Source: Minisyncoccota bacterium
GTDB taxonomy: Bacteria > Patescibacteriota > Minisyncoccia > Phycocordibacterales > JABAAK01
DNA: 64,000 bases
Direction of reading: 5' to 3'
NCBI GenBank assembly: GCA_965204115.1
Contig: OZ241963.1
Coordinates: forward strand, 468,622-532,621
Each line of letters opens with the position of its first letter. The stretch's first letter is position 1. The notes under the pieces were generated by a model. The model saw only the letters and a list, made by a program, of their open reading frames with translations, made no database searches and was not told the origin of the DNA. The position numbers and the translations under genes were made by a program. Positions 8,656-17,715 of this stretch are shown here, piece by piece.

Positions 8656-10377
8656 ATGACAAATGCTGACAAACCGAGAAATGTGCTTGTTGCAATGGCG
8701 TGGCCGTATGCCAATGGCTCCTTGCACTTGGGGCATATCGCTTCGTTTGCGGGGGCGGATGTGTTGGCGCGGTACCACCGACTGAAAGGGGACAGGGTGT
8801 TGTTTGTTTCGGGGAGTGATTGCTACGGCACCCCTATCGCACTTGAGGCACTTGCGCAGGGTGTTACGCCTGAATCCATTGCTGAAAAATACCATACGGA
8901 GTTTTGCAGCACTTTCGGTGATGTTTCTTTTTCATTTGATTTATATACGAAAACCACCACGCCGGAGCATCAGAAGGTGGTGCAGGATATTTTTTTAACC
9001 CTCCATAAGGCAGGGGACATCTATACCAAAACTGAGAAAGCGTTGTACTCCCCGGCGCTGCAGCGATTTTTACCGGATCGGTTTGTGGAGGGAGCTTGCC
9101 CGTATTGCGGGTTTGATGGTGCGCGTGGGGATCAGTGTGATGGATGCGGGAAACTCCTTGATCCGCTCTTACTGAAAAATCCTCGGGCGAATCCGAAAAT
9201 ACTCAAAGAGAAGGATGTCTCTGATCACTCTCTGGAAGTGCGGGAATCAGAGCAGTTCTATTTAAAACTCACTGCGTTTCAGCAGCAGCTTGAGCAGTGG
9301 GTTGGTTCCGTGAGTGATGCATGGCGCGTGCAGGCGGCGCAGTTCACGAAAGGGTTTTTGAAACAAGGGCTGCACGACCGCGCAATTACCCGCGATACCG
9401 ACTGGGGAGTGCCGATACCACTTGACGGGTATGGAGGGAAGCGGATTTATGTTTGGTTTGAGGCGGTGTTGGGGTATCTTTCCGCGGCGCAGCACTGCAC
9501 GCAGAGTCGAGATGGTGCAGATGAGTGGAAGCAGTGGTTCCTCTCTGATGATGCGGTGCATTACTATGTGCATGGCAAGGACAATGTGCCGTTTCACAGC
9601 ATTATTCTGCCGGCGATACTCATGGGTGCAGGGGAATACCATTTGCCGGACAGGTTATTTTCTTCCGAATACCTGACCCTTGAAGGTGAGCAGTTTTCAA
9701 CCAGCCGTGGGCATGCGGTGTGGGTCCCTGATTTTTTGAAAGATTTTGACTCTGAGCTGCTGCGATACTATATGCTTGCGCAAGGTCCTGAGACCGCTGA
9801 TGCCGATTTTCGCTGGACGGAGTTCGGGCAGATGGTGAACGGGGAACTCATCGGCACTTTCGGCAATTTGGTGAACAGAATCTGCGCCTTTACGCAGAAA
9901 AATTTTCCTGACGGGGTTTCGTGCGACGGCACACTTAATGATTCCGCGAAACAGCTGCTTGCGTCTGTTGAAAAAGGGTTTTCGGTTGTCGGTGCGCATA
10001 TAGAAGCGGGGCAGTTTCGTCAAGGGTTTCGTGAGATTCTGAAAATTGCTGAATCGGCAAACCGTTTTGCGCATGATAGAGAGCCGTGGAAGCATTTGGA
10101 TGACACGCAGCGTGTACATACGGATGTGTCTGTATTACTGCACACCATCCACAATCTCGCGCTTTTGGCGCAGCCGTTCCTGCCGAAGACCTCTATGGTG
10201 ATACAGGGCTTTTTTGGCGTTGACCCTGTCGGGAGTGAATCCGGTATGTTGCACACCACTCCCGCATGGCGATACCGCACCCTGCTGCAAACCTTTGTGC
10301 TGCAGGGTGTTAAGCCGCTCTTTGCCAAGATTGAAGATGCGGCTATACAGGCGCAGGCGGAAAAGCTTACAAAATAA
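8656..10377 (+). CDS. metG: Methionyl-tRNA synthetase (catalytic core, with no fused C-terminal tRNA-binding domain)
   Basis: Class I HLGH motif (WPYANGSLHLGHIAS) and a zinc knuckle CPYCGFDGARGDQCDGCG. The track's KMSKS-region context was not checked residue by residue. About 570 aa. Confidence 0.9.
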   Translation: MTNADKPRNVLVAMAWPYANGSLHLGHIASFAGADVLARYHRLKGDRVLFVSGSDCYGTPIALEALAQGVTPESIAEKYHTEFCSTFGDVSFSFDLYTKTTTPEHQKVVQDIFLTLHKAGDIYTKTEKALYSPALQRFLPDRFVEGACPYCGFDGARGDQCDGCGKLLDPLLLKNPRANPKILKEKDVSDHSLEVRESEQFYLKLTAFQQQLEQWVGSVSDAWRVQAAQFTKGFLKQGLHDRAITRDTDWGVPIPLDGYGGKRIYVWFEAVLGYLSAAQHCTQSRDGADEWKQWFLSDDAVHYYVHGKDNVPFHSIILPAILMGAGEYHLPDRLFSSEYLTLEGEQFSTSRGHAVWVPDFLKDFDSELLRYYMLAQGPETADADFRWTEFGQMVNGELIGTFGNLVNRICAFTQKNFPDGVSCDGTLNDSAKQLLASVEKGFSVVGAHIEAGQFRQGFREILKIAESANRFAHDREPWKHLDDTQRVHTDVSVLLHTIHNLALLAQPFLPKTSMVIQGFFGVDPVGSESGMLHTTPAWRYRTLLQTFVLQGVKPLFAKIEDAAIQAQAEKLTK

Positions 10378-10457
10378 CCTATATTTACGGTATATATTGA
10401 TTTTTTCTCTATTTTTTGTATAATATACTCACCAATGTAAGTGTAAGGAGGCTTCTT

Positions 10458-10889
10458 ATGGTTTTACGAGCTGGTTTGCTGTTTCTGGTTCTGCTGGTTC
10501 TATCCGGGGTTTCAGGGTGTGCATTCTTCGGAGTTGGGGAAAGCGATGTCGCTATTACTCCATCCTCCTCTCCCGCCCCGCTCCCTTTGATTCCGTTGGC
10601 AGCACAGCCGGAAATTCGCATCACTCTTGTTAAGCAAGATGACTTCGGCGCGAATCTCCTGCTCGCGTCTGATTGGGCATTGAGGGAGGATGTGTGGGTA
10701 TACCTGCGTATATCCTCGGCAGACACGGACGGAGATATTTTTAAGGTGTTTGTTCCGGCTGGGGGGCGTGGTAGGCCTATCGCCTTCCCTCGAGAGCTAT
10801 TCTTATCAACGCCCACCTCGGTGCAGGTTTTCCCCTGCCAAGACGAGTGTTATAAGCCGGTGGGGGAGCCGGTGTCTTTGTTTAATTAA
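10458..10889 (+). CDS. Hypothetical lipoprotein
   Basis: Signal peptide with lipobox LLVLSGVSGC, then a 120-aa mature domain. Confidence 0.4.
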   Translation: MVLRAGLLFLVLLVLSGVSGCAFFGVGESDVAITPSSSPAPLPLIPLAAQPEIRITLVKQDDFGANLLLASDWALREDVWVYLRISSADTDGDIFKVFVPAGGRGRPIAFPRELFLSTPTSVQVFPCQDECYKPVGEPVSLFN

Positions 10890-10979
10890 CTTCAACCTTT
10901 TAGAGGATGTCCTTGTGACATCCTCTTTTTGTTTTTATACCGATTTTTTATCACCCTGCTTTCGTGGTATACTATCCCT

Positions 10980-11561
10980 ATGAAGAATTTAGTTATCCCA
11001 ACCGTTATAGAGCAGACAAGTACCGGGACGCGGGCGTATGATATTTACTCCCGATTGCTGAATGACCGGATTATTTTTCTCGGCGGTCCGATTGATGATC
11101 AGGTCGCCAACCTCATCGTGGCACAAATGCTTTTGCTGGACTCACAGAGCAAAGATAAGCCGATATATCTGTATATCAATTCGCCGGGTGGCTCAGTAAC
11201 GGCGGCTATGGCCATCCTTGATACGATGAATCATGTGAAGGCAGGTGTTTCAACGGTGTGTGTTGGATTGGCGGCTTCTGCAGGAGCGGTGATTCTTTCG
11301 GCAGGAGAACCGGGGCGTCGGTCGGCGCTGCGTAATGCTGAGGTTATGATACACCAGCCGCATGGCGGTGTTGAGGGGCAGGTGTCTGATATTACCATTG
11401 CGGCGAAGCGAATGCACGATGTTCGGGCGCGGTTAAACAAGATACTGGCAAAGAATACCGGTAAAACTGTGCAGCAGGTAGCGGAGGATGTGGAGCGGGA
11501 TAAATATATGATTGCCGACGAAGCTAAGAAATATGGGATAATAGACAAAATCCACGCTTGA
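10980..11561 (+). CDS. clpP: ATP-dependent Clp protease proteolytic subunit
   Basis: [23 protein letters not shown] (catalytic Ser), MIHQPHGG (His). Start at MKNLVIP. Confidence 0.9.
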   Translation: MKNLVIPTVIEQTSTGTRAYDIYSRLLNDRIIFLGGPIDDQVANLIVAQMLLLDSQSKDKPIYLYINSPGGSVTAAMAILDTMNHVKAGVSTVCVGLAASAGAVILSAGEPGRRSALRNAEVMIHQPHGGVEGQVSDITIAAKRMHDVRARLNKILAKNTGKTVQQVAEDVERDKYMIADEAKKYGIIDKIHA

Positions 11562-11658
11562 TGGCATTGTACCGGACGGCAGTTTGCCCCCTTTTTTCTT
11601 TGGTATACTGTTTGTGGGCGAGAGCCCTCTTTATTTAATCAGAAAATAAAACATAGCT

Positions 11659-11934
11659 ATGAATAAGGCAAGTTTAGTAGAAAATTTGCAGACGGAACAT
11701 GATTTGACGAAGGCGCAAGCAGAGCAAGTTGCTGAGGGTCTTTTTGATTCCATCGTGAAAGAGGTTGCGAAAGGTGGAACTGTCTCAATTGCCGGTTTTG
11801 GAATCTTTGAGGCGAAGAAGCGAGCGGCACGAATGGGGCGAAATCCGAAGACCGGAGAAGCGATTCAGATCAAGGCATCAACCAATCCGAAATTCCGACC
11901 TGCGAAGGCATTTAAAGATGCTGTTAATTCGTAA
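11659..11934 (+). CDS. hup: DNA-binding protein HU
   Basis: 91 aa with the signature GFGIFEAKKRAARMGRNPKTGEAIQIKAS..PKFRPAKAFK. Confidence 0.85.
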   Translation: MNKASLVENLQTEHDLTKAQAEQVAEGLFDSIVKEVAKGGTVSIAGFGIFEAKKRAARMGRNPKTGEAIQIKASTNPKFRPAKAFKDAVNS

Positions 11935-11957
11935 AAGAAGGAGCATATATGCAAAAT

Positions 11958-11992
11958 AAACGGCAGTCGCACAGCGACTGCCGTTTATTTAT
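11958..11992 (+). terminator. Rho-independent terminator downstream of hup
   Basis: Perfect 13-bp inverted repeat AAACGGCAGTCGC-ACA-GCGACTGCCGTTT followed by a T-rich tract. Confidence 0.6.
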
Positions 11993-12008
11993 GCTGTATA
12001 CTATACCT

Positions 12009-12602
12009 ATGCAAGAGTATCAGCCGAAAGATTTTTCTCTGCCGACCATAGCAGGTATTTCTGACAAAACGATTGAGACCCACCTCGGGCTGTATACGGG
12101 GTATGTTACGAATCTCAACACCCAGTATCAAAAAATCAAGGAGCTTTGTCAGCAGGATGGGGACACTATGGCGGCTGTGTCGGCGATTACTCGAAGGATT
12201 CCGTTTGAGCTCGCCGGCGTTGTTAATCACGAGCAGTATTTCGGCGCACTCGAAAATGGGCCGGCACCGCTCAGCACCTCAAGCACATTCGGCGCACTGG
12301 TGCAGGAACAGTTCGGCTCGCTCGACGGGTTGAAGCAGGGAATACAGCAGACCGCCGCCGCGATGCGCGGAATCGGCTGGGTGATGGTTGTCTATGACAG
12401 CACCCGTAAAGCACTGCATATCTATTGGGTCGTTGACCATGAGTTAGGTAATGTCAATCTGCCGGCTGTGGTTGCGCTTGATATGTGGGAGCACTCGTAT
12501 ATGCTTGATTACCTGCCATCTGACAAAGGGAAGTATGTTGAGGCGTATCTGGAGGCAATCAACTGGCAGTATGTTGAGCGGCGGTTTGACATGCTTCAGT
12601 AG
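12009..12602 (+). CDS. sodA: Fe/Mn superoxide dismutase family protein (divergent)
   Basis: SOD motifs retained: ETH..YTGYVTNLN (His26 equivalent), VVNHEQYF (His81 equivalent), DMWEHSYMLDY (Asp/His ligands). The gateway His30 and His31 are replaced (HLGLYT versus HHxKHH). Start follows the hup terminator. Confidence 0.65.
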   Translation: MQEYQPKDFSLPTIAGISDKTIETHLGLYTGYVTNLNTQYQKIKELCQQDGDTMAAVSAITRRIPFELAGVVNHEQYFGALENGPAPLSTSSTFGALVQEQFGSLDGLKQGIQQTAAAMRGIGWVMVVYDSTRKALHIYWVVDHELGNVNLPAVVALDMWEHSYMLDYLPSDKGKYVEAYLEAINWQYVERRFDMLQ

Positions 12603-13294
12603 TGCTGCTGCTGATCCACTATTCTTTTTGCTGATATGGTGAGCGCATCGGTGCTTTTTTGTTGTGTCTCTTTGAGGTAAGCGTTTGTTATGGCAAAGCC
12701 GACAATGAACGCGGCGGAAGGGGGTATGTTTTCCTCCTTATTACCCCAAAACCACTTCTCAATGTCCTGTGCGGATTCGGTGCACTCTCCCTTCATTTTC
12801 TCCCAAAGCCGTCTTATTTCTCGGTCGGCCATTTGTGTCAGGTGTCGTTTCGTGCTCAGTATCATTTTTTCAACAACAAACCTTTCTGATAGCCCCTCAT
12901 TGACAACCTCTTCGAGCAGCCCGCAGTCCGCATCTAGCCCCCTGTGATGTGCGCGGGCAGTTGCATATATGCTGCGATAGAGGTGTTCGGTGATGGCATG
13001 CACTGCCGCATCGTCTGTGATGGCTATTTTTTCGTGCAGTTTTTCGGCATTTACAAAGAGGTATACCGTGTTTTGGTCGTATGGAAACCCGAGTATACTC
13101 TCGTCGGCTCGTGTTTTGTGCTGATTGACAGAAATCAGCACCTCGCATTCCGGCAGGTTGAGTTCGCGGTGCACCTCTCGGTAGACCTGTTCAACTGCCT
13201 GTGAAACAGCGTCCTGTGCCTCATTGCTGAGCGCTGCTGTTTCGCTTTTTAGAAAGCGCACTTCGTACATTATCTCCATGATACCAAATATCAC
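12596..13294 (-). CDS. Hypothetical protein
   Basis: 232-aa ORF with protein-like composition. No confident family assignment. Confidence 0.4.
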   Translation of the reverse strand: MIFGIMEIMYEVRFLKSETAALSNEAQDAVSQAVEQVYREVHRELNLPECEVLISVNQHKTRADESILGFPYDQNTVYLFVNAEKLHEKIAITDDAAVHAITEHLYRSIYATARAHHRGLDADCGLLEEVVNEGLSERFVVEKMILSTKRHLTQMADREIRRLWEKMKGECTESAQDIEKWFWGNKEENIPPSAAFIVGFAITNAYLKETQQKSTDALTISAKRIVDQQQHY

Positions 13295-13376
13295 GAAAGA
13301 TGTCCGCTGACAAGACGCTTGTCGAAATCGTTTCTGTGTGTCGTAGGAGGTGTAGGAACAATGTTATAGTATCACT

Positions 13377-16300
13377 ATGGATAAGTATGCTCGTTCTTTT
13401 CGGCAGGGGTTACGGCGTCCGATTTTGCTACTACTACTGCTTATTATGTCTTTTGTTTTTTATGCGACGACGCATGACACTTCTCGGGAAGGAGGTTCTA
13501 CTGTGTCGTATGCACAGTCGTCGACTTCTCGTGCCGCGTGGTTGGTAAAATCGTTTATTTGGAGTCGGGATGTGAATGCCTGGGCGCGGACGAACTGCAC
13601 TATGACAATCGGTGGGTTGGGTGCCACGGTGCTTGCTGCTTCAAGTCAGTCATATTGCAGCAACACCAGTTATGCAAACTTGAGTTTTCTGCAGTACTAC
13701 CATGACATTGATCCGGATGACACAACGCCGAACAATCGTTCTGATGATGTGTACGGCAAGATCAAAGGGCGTGCGTGGTCGCCGTTCTATGGAGTTATAT
13801 ACTTTGACCCCTCTGATTTTCCTTCCGCCGGTGCCGGTGCGTCCTGCTACGGGCTGACCGGGAATGATCGGCAGCCGCGGATAGAGCGACCCGAAGGCGG
13901 TAATGTGCGGATAGTCGGTTGTGCGTATGTGCCGCTTTTGCGTGATTATATTCTTTTCAACAGGTCCGGCGCGACGCATTCCGCTATGCCTTCTTCTTCC
14001 GAGTGGGGCGGGGTGCATGTTCTCACGGTGGAGAATGTTGCCAGTGCGTACCTCGTGCTGCGTGGTTGCGCGTGGTCAGCGTCAAATGGTTTTTGGGCAT
14101 TCGGATCGAACCAATCTTCTACCTCAGATGGCAAACAGAATTGTCTGCCGTCGGGACATAACACCAAGCTTAAAGCAGTGCTCCCTGAATCACGCATCGG
14201 CAGCCGCGGTGGTGTTTCGATTACAGTGAGTCCGACTCGCACCACCCTAAAAATCGGGCAGGAGGTTAGGTATCAGTACTTATGTCCTTCCGGGTATAAT
14301 ACCCCTACGCTTCGTATCGGCTCTCGGATTATTTCTACCGCCCTCGCACTTTTTCGTGGCTATCATAGTGAGATTTTCACTGACTCCGTGAGCGACCTCC
14401 TCCTTACCTGCACCGATGGCACTAATGTTTTCACCTCAGACCGCTCCTCTTCCGGTGCGATTGCTCCCTCGACTCAGAATTCTTTCTTTATTTCCTCATT
14501 TGCGGTTACTCCGTCTGTGCTCACTGAAGGCGGCTTTGTTTCATTCGGCGGCTTTGTGAGTAATCAGGGCAGTTTTGCGGATAGGGTTCCTGTTGACACT
14601 GCTACCGGGCACTGCGATAATACTCAGCGATATGGGTGTATTTACGGCGTTGCGAATGAAACGGTGATTGACGATAGTGATTCGTTGTATTATCAGTGGC
14701 GATGTGATGGGGTGGGCAATGCGGCACATTCAGGAATTTGTCAGATTCCGAAGGATTCTTCTCCTGCCGGTCTTTGTGATAATACTGTTCGCAATGGCTG
14801 CATGGTCGGCACTCCTAACGACGCTGCGGTTGTTGATATCCCTGCCTATTACCGTTGGCAGTGTGATGGTGTTAATGGTGGCAAGAACTCCGGTGCCTGT
14901 CAGTTTTCTACAAAGGCTGTTCTTGGTAATGAGGGCTACTGCACTATTACGAACAAGATTACCAAGCAGGAGATAAAGCGATTTGATGTTGACGGTATCA
15001 ATGTGGGTATCCCCGGTACTGATGTGGCAGTGCGGGATGCCGTGTATGATTTGCAGTGTCGGTATAAGAGGTTTAAGAGTGACGGAACTTTTGAAAAATG
15101 GCAGTCAGTTTCTGCCCCCCCTGTTACGGTGAAGGTTTTGCCGAGAAGTGTTTCTGAACGGAATGTTTCCGGTGCCGTTGACCCGCCGGTTTTTTCTGTT
15201 TCTAATGATACTGTTTCGGTGACCATCCCTCCCGGCGCTGCTATGGTGTATGTGTACCGTCTTAACCCTGCTTCTTCGAGCCAGGTTTCCCCAAGATCGT
15301 TGTACAAAATTTTTGTTGATCGTGATGCTGTTGAGCTGAGCAACAGTGAAACTGTTGATGAGCTGAAAGTGCGACTGTTTGAGTCTGCTGTGCGGAGTAG
15401 GGTAGTGGTGGTCGGTTCCCGCTCCGGAGGTATCACCAAATCTGCGGCCATCGGCAAGTCGCTGGTTGCTGCTGCACGAACCGTGAGCGGTGTATGGAGT
15501 CAGCAGACCGCATATACTTTCTCAGCTGATGGTTCCTGCGATGAATCGCTGCGCAATGGTTGCATTGTCGGTGCTGCCAATGATGAGGCGCTTGATGACT
15601 CCTCTACACACTATAGATGGCGATGTGATGGAATTGGTGGTGGGCGAGATTCTGTTGCTTGTGAAATACACAAGCCAATTGACGGCGGTTGGAGTGACTG
15701 GGCGTTATCTCCGGATGCTGTTCCTTGCGCAAATCCATTTACCCAGACAAGGGCTTGCAACAATCCGACACCGGCACACGGTGGTGTCGGATGTTCCGGC
15801 TCTTCAAGTCGTCCGAGTGTTGGGACGCAGTGTCGGTATAATGAGGTTTGCAGATATGGCTCTTGCGAGTTGTTGCCGTTCCTGTGTCCGGCAGGTTCTG
15901 TAGGTCCGAGTCCTGAGGTTACATATTGGGAGGTCGGAAGTCACAGATGTCTTTGGCGTGCGCCGAATAGGCAACCCACTCTCCCTGGTGCTTGGAGAGG
16001 GGATCGTTATACACTTCGTGCAAACACTGTTGTTAAAGGTGGCTATGAGGGATTTGGTTCGTTGGTGTTTGAGTGTCGAGGCTCCTATGATGATGTCAAG
16101 CGTTCTAATTGGAAGACGGTAGCCACCAATTGTGGTCCGGTTAGTACTGCTTGTGATACAGCGATACGCAACGGCTGCTTTGCCGGTACCGCTGTGGAAC
16201 TTGCCAGTTCTTCTACGCATTATAAATGGCGATGTGATGGGGTTGTTGGTGAGGTGTCTGTTGCCTGTGAGAAGCACTTGCCAGTTGACGGTGATTGGGG

Positions 16301-16676
16301 TGATTGGACACCGTCTGCGGATACCGTTGCTTGTGGAACTTCATTTGCTCAGACGAGGTCTTGTGATAGTCCGGCGCCGGCATATGGTGGTGTGGCGTGT
16401 TCCGGTTCTCCAAATCGCCGGGGTGTTGGGGAGCAGTGTTCGTCCGGTCGGGTTTGTGAGAACAATGTGTGTGTTTTGCAGTGTAGTAAAAAACGGATTG
16501 ATAGAACTTTAACCGGAGGTGGGGGTGCGATATGTCCATTCCAGGCCGAAGAGGTCCCTGTCGGACGAGGCACTTATACACTCAGGTCAAAAATTACTAA
16601 GTGGGGAACTGGTTCTATCGTGTTTGAGTGTAGAGATTCGGGGTGGGTTGAGGTGAGTAATGAATGTACCAGATAA
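13377..16676 (+). CDS. Large secreted Cys-rich repeat protein with two thrombospondin type-1 (TSP1) repeats
   Basis: N-terminal signal anchor. Six or more copies of a C-x5-(R/Q)(N/Y)GC-x-G...Y(Y/R)W(R/Q)CDG-x-G-x5-C module. Two segments match the TSP1 consensus: GGWSDW...C...TQTRAC.NPTPAHGGVGCSG and GDWGDW...C...AQTRSCDSPAPAYGGVACSG. Confidence 0.75.
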   Translation: MDKYARSFRQGLRRPILLLLLLIMSFVFYATTHDTSREGGSTVSYAQSSTSRAAWLVKSFIWSRDVNAWARTNCTMTIGGLGATVLAASSQSYCSNTSYANLSFLQYYHDIDPDDTTPNNRSDDVYGKIKGRAWSPFYGVIYFDPSDFPSAGAGASCYGLTGNDRQPRIERPEGGNVRIVGCAYVPLLRDYILFNRSGATHSAMPSSSEWGGVHVLTVENVASAYLVLRGCAWSASNGFWAFGSNQSSTSDGKQNCLPSGHNTKLKAVLPESRIGSRGGVSITVSPTRTTLKIGQEVRYQYLCPSGYNTPTLRIGSRIISTALALFRGYHSEIFTDSVSDLLLTCTDGTNVFTSDRSSSGAIAPSTQNSFFISSFAVTPSVLTEGGFVSFGGFVSNQGSFADRVPVDTATGHCDNTQRYGCIYGVANETVIDDSDSLYYQWRCDGVGNAAHSGICQIPKDSSPAGLCDNTVRNGCMVGTPNDAAVVDIPAYYRWQCDGVNGGKNSGACQFSTKAVLGNEGYCTITNKITKQEIKRFDVDGINVGIPGTDVAVRDAVYDLQCRYKRFKSDGTFEKWQSVSAPPVTVKVLPRSVSERNVSGAVDPPVFSVSNDTVSVTIPPGAAMVYVYRLNPASSSQVSPRSLYKIFVDRDAVELSNSETVDELKVRLFESAVRSRVVVVGSRSGGITKSAAIGKSLVAAARTVSGVWSQQTAYTFSADGSCDESLRNGCIVGAANDEALDDSSTHYRWRCDGIGGGRDSVACEIHKPIDGGWSDWALSPDAVPCANPFTQTRACNNPTPAHGGVGCSGSSSRPSVGTQCRYNEVCRYGSCELLPFLCPAGSVGPSPEVTYWEVGSHRCLWRAPNRQPTLPGAWRGDRYTLRANTVVKGGYEGFGSLVFECRGSYDDVKRSNWKTVATNCGPVSTACDTAIRNGCFAGTAVELASSSTHYKWRCDGVVGEVSVACEKHLPVDGDWGDWTPSADTVACGTSFAQTRSCDSPAPAYGGVACSGSPNRRGVGEQCSSGRVCENNVCVLQCSKKRIDRTLTGGGGAICPFQAEEVPVGRGTYTLRSKITKWGTGSIVFECRDSGWVEVSNECTR

Positions 16677-16714
16677 TGAATGTTTCCATTGACGCCTCGC
16701 AACCTTACTGCAGA

Positions 16715-16798
16715 GTAGTGTGCATTACTACGCACGCCACTCCCTCTCCTCGTAACAAAAATCTAAACATTTTTAAATTGCGGAGAGGGAGGGATTCG
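16715..16798. repeat. Direct repeat copy 1: tRNA-Ser 3' end (18 nt) plus about 65 bp of downstream flank; att-like
   Basis: Matches 16917..17000 over about 84 bp with 2 mismatches. Copy 1 is not attached to a tRNA body. Confidence 0.8.
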
Positions 16799-16916
16799 GC
16801 GTCAAGTTTCTAAACTCGCTATCGCTTGTTAAGAACTCCCTGCCCGGGCTCGGCGACAATTTCGTTTCGCTTCGCTCCACGAAATCGTAGACCGCCTGCG
16901 CCTTTCGAATCCCTCC

Positions 16917-17069
<153 letters not shown>

Positions 17070-17101
17070 AAAGTATATGATACCGCATCCTCCGTCTCGG
17101 G

Positions 17102-17674
17102 CTATATAATCATTGCAGTCAGGTAATCCATAGGAGTCGGTCCCAGATCCTCCTCTTTCGGAACCTCAAGTTTTGTGAGTGCGTGTTCTATATCCTGTAT
17201 GTTGACATCATAGATAGGGATTATTTCGTTGATGTTGACCACCCTTTCTATCTTAAGGATGAGGCGCGCGCGATTGCCCGGGTCGTCTATGATGTTAAAT
17301 CCTTTGATGCGGTCTGTTTCCACGAAGTCGTCGTCCATAAATAAGCCGATAGGGGTTATATTGAAGAGCATGTGTCTCGGCTCTTTCCGTATGGTGCCTA
17401 CGATGGTCACCGTCGCAAGGGCGAGCAGTGCGCCGAATATATAGTTTTTTATGATGATTGCCAGCAGTATTGCTCCTATACCGACGATAATGATGAGCAA
17501 CTCCTTGTCTTTCGTGTATGTTTTCTTTTCCTCAGTGAATTGCCACTTAACGAGAGATTCCATGTTTTCCGTTACGGAAGGTTTTTGATCGGGGGATTCT
17601 TGATTCTTTGTTTTTTCTGTTACTGTTTCTTGTTTCATACGCATATGTAGGCAGTATACACCGTTCATACACAC
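17102..17674 (-). CDS. Hypothetical membrane protein
   Basis: ORF with two predicted TM helices (LLIIIVGIGAILLAIIIKNYIFGALLALATVTIVG). No recognised domain. Confidence 0.4.
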   Translation of the reverse strand: MCMNGVYCLHMRMKQETVTEKTKNQESPDQKPSVTENMESLVKWQFTEEKKTYTKDKELLIIIVGIGAILLAIIIKNYIFGALLALATVTIVGTIRKEPRHMLFNITPIGLFMDDDFVETDRIKGFNIIDDPGNRARLILKIERVVNINEIIPIYDVNIQDIEHALTKLEVPKEEDLGPTPMDYLTAMII

Positions 17675-17715
17675 CAGCCGCTCGTTTTGTAATTGGTGGT
17701 ATACTGCTGTTATAT

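Noticed and set aside
16800-16915. Possible second (plus-strand) tRNA or a tmRNA-like gene in the spacer between the tRNA-Ser direct repeats
   Set aside because: Only a 13-nt T-arm/acceptor fragment is present. No cloverleaf can be built. Treated as part of the att-like scar.
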